A DNA stretch of 46,580 nucleotides, taken from assembly GCF_000281045.1 (NCBI RefSeq), contig NW_008246091.1:492938-539517 (forward strand). The letters are read 5' to 3'. The translations under genes were made by a program, and so were the position numbers. This DNA is from Saprolegnia diclina VS20 (lineage: Eukaryota). The notes under the pieces were generated by a model. That model worked only from the letters and a program-made list of their open reading frames with translations, ran no database searches and was not told the origin of the DNA. Within the stretch, counting starts at the first letter, position 1, and each line of letters starts with the position of its first letter. Below, in pieces: positions 23,272 through 35,975 of the stretch.

Positions 23272-23503
23272 GCTTCTCAATGCATCTCGAAAGTATCTGT
23301 CTTCTCGTTCACATCGATAGACCGCCTAGCGTCAACACATTCGTGTCCTCCGGGCTAGGGTTAGGCGTAAGGTTTCTCGAACGCTGTGACACGCTGTGAC
23401 TGGTGTTGTCGGCAAGTCAGCGTGCGATGCAACGTCGTGATGATGTAGTCGGTACACGAAAGAGAACTAGAATTAGAAAGGCGCTCATTGGGGTCCACAA
23501 CGA

Positions 23504-24942
23504 CTAGCTCTGGATGTCGGAGATCTTGCCCGTGACCTGCCACGCCATCATCTTGCGGTCGCCCGACGTCGTAAAGAACGTATGCGCCGGGCCCGGCACG
23601 ATGCGCCGCACGGCGTCCGTGTGCCCGACGTTGGTCTGGCTCTTCCCAAAGATCGTCTTGTACTTGAACGACGGCAGTTCCTTGACGACGATCGAACCAT
23701 CCTACATCGTCATCTCAACACCGGTGGACGAGGCAAGTAGGCAGTACGTCGTGGCCCAAGAGCAAGAGCGGACAGTCGACCGCATCGGTGGTCGTGCAAA
23801 TGGCCAGCGCCGGCGAGTCCAGTGTCTCGGTGTACATGGCCGCAAACGGCGGCGAGAGCTGCCACACGATGATCTGCTGGTCGTAGCCCGAACTGATAAG
23901 GAACGGCTCGCCGTTGCTCACCCAGATCTCAATGTCGAGCACAATGTTGGCGTGACCGCCCGTCGCCCGCGAGAGCACGGTGCCGCACTTGTACGTGGCC
24001 ACGTCCCAGATGCGGATCGTGTGGTCGCGCGACGACGAGATCAATCTACGATCGAGCATGTCAGCATGACATACCATAATGAAAAACAACGTACGCGGTC
24101 GTCGCGCCGAGCTGGACGACCTTGAGGCGCGTGATCGCGAGCGCGTGGCCTTCCATGACGCCCGCGCATGTAAACGCGTTGGTCGCCGCGTCAAACATCC
24201 AGTAGGCAATGCGGCCGTCGGCGCCGCCGCTAAAGATGATGGGCGCGCCGGTCGCCGGGTGCTTGGCCATCGCGAGCGACGTCACGTTGCGGTACATGGC
24301 AAAGGGCATCTCGACGCTTTGCTATCGACGCGGTCGCATGAGATGTCGTCATCTTACGAAGCGTACCGCGAGTTCCATGGGCGGCATCGACGGGTTCTCG
24401 AGGTTCCAGCACTGGATCCTGCCGACAGGCACGTCGGGAATCGCCGGCGTCTGTTCTTCGTAGCCCACAAAGAGGAACGGGCTCTCGAGGAGCAAGCTCG
24501 AGACGCCTTCCGTGACCTTCTGCACGGGAAAAATATGAGCAACATGGGATGCAAAAGATGCTTGACGTACCTTGCTCTTCTCGACAGGCAGCGTGTCGAT
24601 CTCAATCTTGCACTGCGGAATGACTGCGGCCTCCTTCATCGTGTCGAGTGCCCATAAGCGAAGCGTGCCATCGGACGACGCCGTGAAGGCCTGCTGGCCC
24701 CAGAGCGCGACATCACGCACCGTGCCATTGTGGCCGCTGGCCATGCCCAGCCGCTTGAGGAAGTGGGGCGCCCGGCAGTTGTCGCGCTGGCAGCGGTCGT
24801 CGAGATGGAAGGTGCAGATCTCGCAGTTCGCGAAGCGGTTGCCGCCCGAGTAGTTGCTGCGCCCGCCACGGCCGCGCCCACCTCGGCCGCCCCGGTCGTT
24901 GTTGCCAAACTGGTTGTTCCGGCCGCGGTTGTTGCCGTACAT
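23504..24942 (-). CDS. RGG-rich + CCCH zinc finger + WD40 repeat protein (ZFWD-like), multi-exon
   Basis: N-terminal RGGRGGRGRGG, CTFHLDDRCQRDNCRAPH, WD repeats (GHNGTV...TASSDGTLRLWA, SSSRDHTIRIWD, SSGYDQQIIVWQ); ends KISDIQS at stop 23504-23506. Confidence 0.85.
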
Positions 24943-25682
24943 CGCTGCTGTGCTGCCCGCCGACTAATTAAACTCTATCGGCCACTCGGCGGCCATCACG
25001 CCTTTTTGACCAATCATAAAATTCGTACGTTTGCATCCTCCCGAACTTGGTATTTGTATGTAAAATTAAACCTTGGAAATGAATGTGCACGTGGGTTTCG
25101 CAGCTCACGACGGTGGCGACGACCGAGCCGCTTGCCCCGACCTGCGGGCAGGGACCGGCGAGCTTCGCTTTCGCCCACGGCCAAGGACGCCATGCTCTCT
25201 GGACGCATGCAGCGTAGGGTTAGCCCATGCAAGATGGAGCAAAACGCAAGTTTCCTGGCCGGTAGCGGCGACAGGCGGCAGAGGCGCGAGCCCACCACCA
25301 TCATTCTACGCGCGTCGGTGTCAAGCCAGCCGCATACGGGAAGAGGTGCAAGCAAATAAGGCACGAGTGATGTTCAATCGTCAAGGATCATGAAACAAAG
25401 TGGCCTTGTTGGTCACTCGGCTGGTCGTCGCCTTGGCCTTGGATCGGCACTGTGGGGCATGCAAGTGGGCACGAGATCTGCGTTGCCAGTGCGGGAACAC
25501 CATCCCTCCAGTCGCAGCAATAACATCGTGGTGTCCCGACTCTGCATAGCAGAGTAGATCTCAGTCGTAGCTCTAAGATCTTGAAGAAGGTTGGCTGGAG
25601 CCTTCTCGCTGTGGGTTTCGGAAAAACGTTCACCCCACTGTCTTCAGATTTGATTGACGCCGTCCTCTCGCTTGCAAAGTTA

Positions 25683-28623
25683 ATGTGGCTCGTCGCTCTT
25701 TTGCCGGTGCTCTTGCGCGCCGTCGCCGCGCAGTCGCACCAGTGGGTCGAACACTTTGTACGTTCTGGCTCCTTGTCTCCTCTCGCGCAAACGCCCTGTT
25801 TGTCTAGTATGGCTTTGTGCGGGGCGACAGCTATCAGTACTTTACCTTTCACGGTACTTGTACGTATTTGATCGTTCGAAATCATCCACTTGTGTCTCTA
25901 GTGCCGCTGGGTGTCGTTCAGGTCGACGCCACCGTCTCGCTGAGTCTCCTTGGCGGCCGGACGCCGCCGGTTCTCTTGCTCAAGAAGAATGGGATTCCGT
26001 CCGAAGCCGACTATGACGTGCGCTGGAACACGAGCGCAAACAACACGTACATCAGCAGCAGTATTCCCGACCTCCAAGTACACAAAACATTTTCTTTTGT
26101 GTACAAGTTGTCATTGGACGTGTAGACCGGCATATACTATGCGACAATGTGGGGCGGCAACATCATGGAGTCCATCAACACGTTTGGCGTCGGGCCGTCG
26201 GTCAACATGTGGTACTTTCTCGACTTTACGTTTCTCGCGTGCGACGACGCCGACGTCACGGGCGCCGACTGCAGTGTCAACGTCGTCCCTACCTCCAAGC
26301 AGCCCCAAGGGACGTCGCCCAGCTTGAAGCAGGGCTCGGTGCCCGTCGACTGCCTCGATGTCGGTGACCCGACCCGCGTGTTTACCTTCGAGTTGCCATC
26401 GGCCGCTGCGGGGCTCTCTGCCTTTGTGCGTCATCAACTGCCAAAGTTTCGTGTCTGACGCATTTGTGATGTTGTAGCTCGTCATCGACAAGACGAGGGG
26501 TAGCGTCGCGTGGGCATTGTATCACGGTCGCGCCAACCCACTCGCTGCCTCGGCCGTCGCTGTTGCCGCCAATAGCTCGACCAATGCAACGCAGTTGCGC
26601 GTCGACCGGCCTCTCCGCGGGTACGACATAATGTCCACACATCGAAGTACAAAAGTTGTCTAGAACCTGGCACATTGTGGTGTCGGTCACTGACGCCAAC
26701 GGGTTTTGCTACAACGGCGATGGCGTCCCCTTCTCGCTTGCGTGGATGACAACGGTGCGAGCTCATTTGAAATCGTTGGATAGATAAGTACATATGGACG
26801 TAGCCTTGTGCGACGAATGACGCGCTCTGCGTGGCCGACTACGAGCTTATGGGCGCCAACCGCGACAGTGCGAACGGCGTCGGCGACTTTGTCTTGGCAG
26901 CGTCCTTTGCAAACCCGGCGCCGTCGGTCGCCAATGCCTCGGCACCCATCGGCTTTGTCGTCGACGTCCCAGCCATGTACGCCGGCGCCGCCATGACGCT
27001 GCAACTCGCGTCCAAAAATCTCACCAACGACGGCACCATCTACATTCGCGCCAACGGACTGCCGTCCCCGACGCTGTTCGACTATCGGTACGTGGCGCGA
27101 CACGCAGTCGAGACCAATGCGATAATCTAGCTTTTCCATCGCGGCAGCGACTCCCATGGACGACCCGACGCTGCGTCCGTACAACCCGCAGGCGCCGCCA
27201 CCGCTCGCCTTTCCGCTGCTCAAGGCAATGGACGACGAAGACGCAGTCTTTTGGCAGCTGCCACCGATTGTGTTTCCCAAGGTTGACGCAATTTGGTACA
27301 TTCTCCTCGTGCCACCGCCGTCGCCGCCAAACTCGTCCTACGCTGTCGCTCTCAATATGGCGAGTCTGGCATGTCCGCCCGAGTACGCGTGCAGCAACCG
27401 TGGAACTTGCCTCGTCAAGACCTCGTACCAAGGTCTCTCGTACGGCCGGTGCGCGTGCCACTATGGCTACGGCGGTCGCCAGTGCGAAGTGTCGATTTAC
27501 TCGACATCCGAGGTACCAAGGGAGCTCGACTCTAGGCCAACGGCGTTTTGGATAGCGGCTTGGTCGGTCGTGGCTCCTGCTTGGTTCCAACGCGGCCATC
27601 GTCCCCGCAGGCGTGTTTTCCTGGCGCCGCAAGCTCTACGGTAAGCAATCCAGAGTTACGCAAGCGGACTGAGTGTCTCTCTAGTCGAAGCTGTCCTCTT
27701 CTTTGGTTTGGGGATCATCTCAGCCTTGTACCATGCGTGCGATCTCGAGATCTTTTGCCTCTTACCGTATCCATTTCTTCAGGTACGCACGGTATGGTCT
27801 TGTACAATAGAGACAATTTGTGTTTTGATATAGGCAATGGATTTCGCGTTTACGTTTAACGCCATTTTGCTCGGGTTTATCCACCTCTCGGGCGCGTTCA
27901 AGCACGTCAAAGTACAGATTGCACCGGCTGACAGGTCGTTGATCGATGGCTTCAACGACTAGGCTGCGATGCAGGTGTTTGTGCTCGTCTCGCTCGTCTT
28001 TATGACCTCGTACGATGCCACGTCGATGCGCAACTGGCTCGTCATTGGCGTTGTCTGCGCGTGTCAATTTATTGGCTCGTGGACCTACTACGTAACCCTG
28101 GACGCGCTGCATTATTTATCATTTGCTGTGGACTAGTTGACGCTGGCCGCCCAGCGCCTCGGTTGCAGTCTTCCGAGGTACGCTCTGCTATTCTAGCTGC
28201 TGAATCGCTTGTCTCATATACGGCGTAGCGCGTTGAAGCGCTTCTTACTAAACAGCGACAATTTCGAGTATCGGTACTTGGTTTTGGGCTTTTTGCTTTT
28301 TGGCGGCGCGTTCGGCTGCTTCTTTGCTGAAGTTGGCACCTCGTATTGGCTCGTACGGCGACCCCATTGTACCACGAGTGACGACGTGGTGTCATTAGAT
28401 CCACTCGCTCTGGCACTTGACCGCCATGTCATCCGCCTGCACGTTCATGGCGTTGCGCAAGAACATTCGGTACCGCTGCGTCGGAGCCGACGGCGTCGAT
28501 GTGCTCTCGCACGACTACACGGTGCTGCTTCGGCTGAAAGCGAGTCAAGTCAACCCGTCCGAAGTGACACTGGACATCAACCCGTCGAGCACACGTCCTG
28601 CCACGCAGCCCGACCCCATGTGA
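25683..28623 (+). CDS. TMEM8/PGAP6-like (DUF3522, CREST superfamily) membrane protein with large extracellular region and EGF-like domain, multi-exon
   Basis: Signal peptide, EGF-like CSNRGTC...CACHYGYGGRQC, then TM region with ISALYHACD, MDF and HSLWH motifs. Confidence 0.82.
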
Positions 28624-28956
28624 CGCACCAACACGCCGTTGTATACAAGAATGTCACATTGTCCATATTTGTCCACGTGAGGTGTGGGAAAATTCTTCCA
28701 AAAGAAGTTCTTTCCCAAATGATGACAATTCAAACAGTTGTTGCTGAGACGGTGGGTTTCTACCTTGTTACAACACCTAACCGAATATTTGTCCACGTGA
28801 CAATATTGTCCACGTCGCCGTATCCGAGTCAAGAAACGGTTGATTGGCCATACCGAACAGCGTGTCCATACCGGCGGACTTTGAGATTGAATTTTGGCTT
28901 TTGTCGTCGGAGCGCGATGACAAAATGGTAGTATTTTCTAGTAGAGTAGTATGGTC

Positions 28957-30937
28957 TTAGAGCTTTTTCGGGTACGGTCGATAGCGCCGCGTTCGCTTCT
29001 CGTCGAGCTTTTTTAAAATGTCGCGGCGCAGGTGCTGGTCGATCCTTGCTGCGCGGGTCACTTTGGTCTGCAGCGCCCGCAGTTGGCGCATCCGCGCCGC
29101 AGACGCTTCCTTCGCATCTCTCTGTTCGTGCTCGTCGTCGTCGTCGTCACTGGCGCTGTTGCTGCTGCTGTCGCCGTCACTGCCGCTGCTGCTACCGTTC
29201 CGTGGCAGCGACTGGAGGCAATTCCAGTGCGGCGCCAAGTGCCGTCGCGTCGTCTCGATGGCGGCGAGCGCTGTGGCCATTGGCGGATCCAAATGCAGCG
29301 GCGGCACGGCGTCCCCGAGCAGCGTGCGTATGCAGGCCGAGGCCGACCGCGCAATCGACTGCAGATTGTACCCGCCCTACCCGCGCACGATCGGACATCT
29401 ATCGATGTTTCAACCACCAAACGAAAATACCTCGAGCGCGAGCACGAGTTTGCCGTTTGCGAGCGAGCTCAAGAGGTGCGTCATCATGGCGTAGCCGCCG
29501 GGCGTGAGCCGACAGCGGCCCAGCGGGTCGCCCATCGCCGAGTCAAAGCCGGCCGAGACAAGGACAAGCTCCGGGTCGAACGACCGAAAGACGGGCATGA
29601 GCACGCGATCGAACGCAGCGAGGTACTCGGCGTCACCGACACCGCCGCCGGGCCACCCGATATTGACGTTGAAGCCAGCGCCGGCTCCCGACCCGACCGC
29701 GTCCGGCGACCCGGTACCCGGATAAAACGCGCCATTCCTAGTTGTTGGTCAATATTGTCGTTATACACTTTATAGCGTACCCGTCAAAGCGATGCAGCGA
29801 GCTGTAGAGCACTGTCGGGTCGTCCTCAAACATGTGCTCGGTCCCATTGCCGTGGTGAATGTCCCAGTCGACAATCAACACGCGCTTCAGGCCCAGCTTG
29901 TGCACAGCTGTCTTGGCCGCGACGGCCACGTTGTTAAACATGCAAAAGCCCATCGCATGTTGCGGCTCGGCGTGATGGCCTACAGGGCACGGTCCAGCTA
30001 AAAGTATCAAGAAAATATCAAGTACCGGGCGGGCGCACGATTGCAAAGGCGTTGCGGTACTCATTTCGAACCACCTTTTCCATCAAGGCGACGACGATGC
30101 CCGCGGACAAATGCGCGGCTGTCTTCGAGTCGGCGCAGCAGTACGTGTCGGGCGTCAACTGGTGGAACGGCAGTGTGAAGACCTCGTCGAGGTACTGGAG
30201 GTACTCGGGCGAGTGCACTCGCAATAGATCGTTTGGGTCTACGAGCACGTCCGAGATCTACACAGTCCGAGGTATAGGGTCGATGCAACACGCAATGAAG
30301 GCTACCTGCGTGCACCGGTCGACGACGCCGTCGAGCTGGCATTGGGCGTAAATGGCGCCGATGCGGTCGGGTCGCTCGGGATGCATGTCGTACATATCGC
30401 GCGGCTACAAGGTCAGGTGTGGCAAGCGGCGAAAGCGCGGCGACGGACCTGGATCTCGCGGTGGAGCTGCATGCGCGCGTCAAAGCCGATGGCCGTGCCC
30501 AGCGTGCGCGCGTCGTCGCAGGTGCGTGGCGTCGGTGCAAAGGCCGCGCCTTTCGCCGTTGCGCAGAACGAGCACGTCTCGAGCTGGTTGAGCTTGGTGC
30601 ACACGACGCAGTTCCAGAGCGTGTCGTCGTGTGGCGGGTCGTCCGGCGGGTCGTCGTCCTCGCTCGCCGTATACGAGGTTCGCCGCGAGAGGCTGTTCAT
30701 GGCGCTCGGCAGATGCGACAACGAACTGTAAATGTCCTCTTCCGACGCCGGGCCATCGTCGGGCACGCCCGAGAAGAAGCTGCCGGGCGATGAGAAGCCA
30801 TGCACCGAGCCGTTGAGACCCAAACTCACATACGAGTCCGTTAAAAAGGGCGAGTACGTTGGTATATACGACGGAGGCAATGGGCTATACGTGGCGCTGC
30901 TGTTCGGCGTCTTGGCGCTGCTGTCGTCGTCGGCCAT
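28957..30937 (-). CDS. Class II (HDA1/HDAC6/HDA15-like) histone deacetylase with N-terminal RanBP2-like zinc finger, multi-exon
   Basis: [77 protein letters not shown] upstream; basic C-terminal tail. Confidence 0.93.
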
Positions 30938-31597
30938 GGCGAATCGGCTTGTGCGTCGTCGCCGCGGCCGCCCGAGCTGTGAAACTAACGCAAAGAGGTT
31001 TTTCGGCCAAGTCGAAAAACAGTGCGTTTTATTCAGTCCCAGAGGTATTCAAATCGACAGGCCCGAGAGGCGGTGCTCTTATCTATTCCATTATTGAAAT
31101 AAGATCCAGTTATCAAGGTGATCCATTTATAGAGGTACTTACAGCGAGAGGTTGCAACTCCACCAAGCGAGCCGGTGACGCTTCGGGCGACCCAGCATCC
31201 CTGGGTTGAACGACAACGCTTGTATTATATGGCACAAATGCAAGGTAATTCCCGGAGGAGAAGGACATTGTGTTTTACTTGTACAAGGTTAAACGGGCTA
31301 TCGCCCACCGCCACGGTCGCAGCGTTCGCGCACTGCCCTTTCGAGCCCAGCAACGGAACGCTGTTGCTGGAGTAGGCAGCGACCACGTCGTGGTCATCGC
31401 CCGAGTCCCGGACCGTTTCTCGCCTTGAACCCGGCGGCGACGTTCGGTTTTATGGGTTTATGGGTTTTTTAAAGAGGTTTTATTCGAGGCAACCACGTGA
31501 AATCAAACGCACGCCAGGAAGAGCCAGTGCGAAATGACATTTGATGACAACGTGGACAACTTGTCCTTTTTAAAATAATAACAAAAAAGTAGCGAGG

Positions 31598-32838
31598 CTA
31601 GTCAAACTGGAATTTGGACGTGGACGACGGCCGGCGCACGCGCTTGGTCGCACCAGGTGTCCCGGCCGCGACAAAGTTGTGCGTCTTGAGCAGTCGAAGA
31701 GGAATGTCGCGCCTAGAGTGTACGAAATTAGCTCGTCAATAGGATAACGTTGTGGAGAATATTGAGCTCTACCCAATGGCCATGTTGACGTTGAGCCGCC
31801 GCAAGAGGTCTTGGATGGCAGCGCGCTGCGCCAAGGTCGTGGCGGCGCTCGAAATGTGATTCGTTGCATAATACATGAGCGGCGCTTCGACGGCCATGTC
31901 GGCCGAGCACTTGAGGTAGCGCAGCACGAGCTCGTACACGTTGCAGCGGCACGCTGTGTGGAGGTCGAGGAGGACGCTTGGCAGCGGCGGCTATGCAGAG
32001 ACCATACAGTCCACACGTCCGAAGACAAGTTGTACAACAACTACGTACCAATAAATAAAATGACACCAAGAGACCATCCGACTGCATCGCAAAGAGCACG
32101 CGCGTCTCGTAGTAGGACAGGTCGTCGCGCGTGGTGCGGCGCGCGCGGCCGTGCCCCAAGAGCGCAAGCCGCCAGTGCTCGATCATGGCGCCGTTCCAGA
32201 TATCGCGGTTGACGTGAAAATGCAATTTGGAGAGCTGGTGCTGCACCGACGCCGGCTGCTGCGCGGGCGCCGTGTCGGCCGGTGTCGGGACCGCCACGAG
32301 GCCCTGGAGCACAACGTAGGCAATGTGGCGCAGAAACGATGCAATCGACGAGTACGACTCGAACACGCGGAGCGGCTTGGCCTGGAAGAGAAACCAAAAC
32401 GGTCCTCGCCGCCAGACCCACGCGACAGCGGCCAAGAGCCCGCAGACGCCCGTCACGAGCTGCGTCGCCTTGAAGTAGAACGTCGATGCAAACGCATACC
32501 GCAGCTACCATACACCCGCGCATGAGACTAGTACAATGCATGCAGCGTGGGCGTACGAGCGCAAGCTTGGCCGACGCGTACAGCGTCGCTATGAGGCAGC
32601 GCAAGACCGGCGACAGCCATGGCACACGCGTTCCGCGGAGGCAGTGCGCGGCGATCGCGACCCAGAGCACGGTAGCGACCGTCTCGGTGATGAGAAAGTA
32701 GATGGAGAAGAGCTCGATGTCAATGGGCTCGGGCGCCGACGTCCGTGGCGGGCCCCACGGCGCCGCTCGGCCGCCGCCGACGTCGGCAAACGGCCCTCGG
32801 CGGACAATGAGCATCGGTGGCGAATCTTTTTTTGCCAT
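31598..32838 (-). CDS. Hypothetical membrane protein, multi-exon
   Basis: Coding-like exons joined by GT-AG introns (about 32501-32556, 31991-32048, 31713-31772), several hydrophobic segments, ends KFQFD at stop 31598-31600. No family recognised. Confidence 0.6.
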
Positions 32839-32931
32839 TTCGTTGGCCAATCCGCAGCGAGACGTTGACGAACGGGCAATCCTGTCACACCGCGTGAACC
32901 TATCACGAGTGTCTCAGCCTGGCCATCGGCC

Positions 32932-33012
32932 GGGTCGATGACAGGGTCGATGACAGGGCCGACGACAGGGCCGATGACAGGGTCGATGACAGGGTCGATG
33001 ACAGGGTCGATG
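32932..33012. repeat. 12-bp tandem repeat (gggtcgatgaca), about 6.75 copies
   Basis: Directly visible; units 3 and 4 carry substitutions. Confidence 0.92.
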
Positions 33013-33506
33013 CATTCCGGGCTGGAGTGCAGCATTCTTGGCTTGGAATAAGGTATGAGAAAACGGCGGTTTCGACTAAAATTCTGTACTATCCACTGTC
33101 TGCGCGACGGCTGCCATGCGTGTTGGCAAGACGCAAGAATAAGAAATGATATGACTCGAGTGCGCGAGTGTCTGCACCACAAGTCGGCAACACGAGGTGG
33201 CGACTGCGTACGCACTGCCGCAAACTGTGCTGCGTGGGCGCACGACGCGTTTCCGTTCTTTACGTGCACGGCACGCGGCCTGCCACGTCACGTGAGCGAC
33301 TCGTGGGAAGTGCCACTTGGGTCCGTCACAACAAACGACGTTGGGGCAGCTCGTTTTGGCGACGGCGTCTCGTACACTGTCGTAGACGCGTCTGGTCATC
33401 CGTGCATACACTGTAGGTCCACCGACGACGAAGTTGCCAAAGCCACTGGTGCAAAACACACTCTCTTCGCCTTGTACTACGTTATCGCAAGGGCTTTGAC
33501 GTGGCT

Positions 33507-35617
33507 TTACCACTCGGAGCGAAGGTAGTCCTTGAAGAACTGGCCGGCAGCAAACGTAGGCGGCGACACTTGAAAGCCGCCAAAGATCGGGTCCAGAATG
33601 CGCGCGGCCGCGTCGATTTCGTCCAGCGGCGTCTATGTCGCCGCCGCCTGAGTGGCCCGTCTGGTTTGGAGGAGGTATATGTACCTGAAAGTTGTGCTCC
33701 TTGGCGATCGCTTGGGCCTTCTCGCGCGGGTTTTCATCGTTGATCCAGCCCTACCATCGTGTCATCTGAGCCACGGGATACATTGTCGTGACGCGCACCG
33801 TGTCGACCGAGTTCATGTAAATGCCGCGCGTCGCGAGGTCGTCGGCGCACGTGCGCGTCATCATGTTGACGGCCGCCTTGGCCATGTTGGTGTGCGGGTG
33901 GTGCGGCGTCTTGTAGCGGTAAAACTTGCCTTCCATCGCCGAGACATTGATGATAAACTTTTGCGCGTTCGGACTCTATCGCGATCGTCTCCAGTCCACC
34001 GAGATACGTACACTGTTGTCATACCTCGGCAAAGAGCTGGATCGCGCGCTTGTTGAGGATGAAGGGTGCGAGCGTGTTGATGGCAAACACCTCGGCCAGC
34101 TCTGGTCGATACAGAATGAACGGCGAGACAGGGAGCGAGATGTCGAGGCTACCTGGCGACTCGACGTGGTCGATCTTGAGCTTCCACGAGTTGGTGCTGC
34201 GCAAATCCACCTGCTGCGCGTTCGTATCGAGCTGCGCCACGGGAAACAGCGTCGCCTTCTCGTCGTTCGGCAGCGCGTCTTCCGAGTGCACTGGGAGCTG
34301 CGACATTTCCGCCGACTTGGACGTCGACGCGAGCCCCGCCGTCGTCGCGAGCGATGACGGTTCAGACGTCCCGAGCATGAGCGGCCCCGACGACTACGTA
34401 TGCATATCGATGGTAGTGTGCTCAATATTGTCGATATTGTCGATATTGTACCTGGACCGTATGTTGGAACTTGGCGTTTTCCTTGAGGATGCCTTGGATC
34501 GACAGCGGCTTTTCATCGAGGCGCGTCCGTTCGTTCTCGAGGAGGTGCTAGACAATGCATGTGTGAGACTATTGCATGTGTACATGCGTGCTGTTGTACT
34601 TGGTAGTAGGCGGTCGGGCGACGAATGGTCTGCGTCGCATTGTTGATGACAATGTCGAGCCAGCCAAAGAGCTGGCCAATGTTGGTCATGAACGCTTCGA
34701 CGCCGGCCAAGTCGCGCAGGTCCATGCCGTACACGTGCAGGCGGTCCTACCATAATTCAAGATGTTTCCGAGATTTTCCAAGCGATTTCAAATCTCATTG
34801 CGAAACGTACCTTCCAGCTGTCGTAGTCGGGCTCCTTGGCGTACCGAATGGCCGCATCGTGCGGGAAGCGCGACGTCGCGACAACAACGGCGTTGGCGCG
34901 CAGCAGCTTGAGCGCCGTGTGGTACCCAATCTTGACGCGCGCGCCCGTGACGAGCGCCTTGTAGCCTTTTTGTCGGTCAGCCAACGGACGAGCATGATGG
35001 CCAGCTGTACCTGTGAGGTCGGCAGATTGAAGCCGCTTCTCAAAGTTGAGCGTCGCGCACTCGGGGCAGAGCTGGTCGTAAAAGTGATGCAGCGTGTCAA
35101 AGCGTTTCTTGCACACGTAGCACGACCGGAAGCCATGGAGCTGCGGCTCGTCGTCCTCGCCGGCCATGGGCTCGTCGGGCGTGTCCTCGATCGCTTCGTT
35201 TGCGAGCAGCGGCACGGCGCCGTCCGGGATTTGCGGAAAGGCCGGGTTGGCGGCCGTAAGGCTGTCGAGTGCATCGAGGCGCTGCTTGCGGAGCTTCGTG
35301 TTGTTGATGAACTGCCGGTCGAGCGCGGCAGCTTGGGCCACCTTGCGCTTCCGCTCCTGCTTCTTGAGCCGCTTCTGGTCATGCGTCTGCACATCGTTGC
35401 CGTGGAAGACGCGGCTGCGGATATCCTCGCAGAGCGGCAGCACGGCCTTGCGCAGCGCCTTGAACTGCGGCAGCTTGAAGGATTCGAGGTCGTTGCGGAA
35501 GGTCTCAAGCACGCGGATGCATGTCGCCAGCTCCGCCGGGTCAATGGCTGGCGCGGTCGTGTCAATGGCCGGCGCGGTCGGGTCACTGGCCGGCGCGGTC
35601 GGAGGTGCGTCCGCCAT
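33507..35617 (-). CDS. Atypical short-chain dehydrogenase/reductase with N-terminal Cys-rich region, multi-exon
   Basis: CYVCKKRF...[75 protein letters not shown]; ends YLRSEW at stop 33507-33509. Confidence 0.88.
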
Positions 35618-35635
35618 GATTCAAAGCTGCTCAAG

Positions 35636-35670
35636 TGATTGGTCCAGCCACATGCGCGGCCTGTGATTGG
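35636..35670 (-). promoter_or_regulatory. Two CCAAT boxes upstream of the SDR gene
   Basis: tgattgg at 35636-35642 and 35664-35670, 19-53 bp upstream of the ATG. Confidence 0.35.
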
Positions 35671-35975
35671 TCTGTTGGAGCATGGCAATGACTAATGGCA
35701 CGCCACCTAAGATGCGAGCCGGACAGTTGCGACGATCGTAGCAACACACGTGCAGTGCTTTACCCCCAAGCAGAGCTACTTGGCCGCACAAGGTGTGTCC
35801 ATCTTACATACATAGGAACTAAGCACTGTTGTTGGCACCACGGTAGTGGCGTACGGCGTCGTTTGCCATTAAAATGGCGTGTGTTTAGTCCATCCACGGC
35901 AACCGAACATCATCGTGGTCATGGCAGGTTGTCGCTAGTAGTATTGTAGCGCGAGGTCGCTTATATGACTTGAGC

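Noticed and set aside
23353..23375. ctagggttaggcgtaaggttt as an interstitial telomere repeat
   Set aside because: Fewer than two clean units.
33055..33528. 157-aa plus-strand ORF between the VNTR and the SDR 3' end
   Set aside because: No motif, overlaps the SDR stop on the opposite strand, weak codon bias; cannot be supported without expression data.
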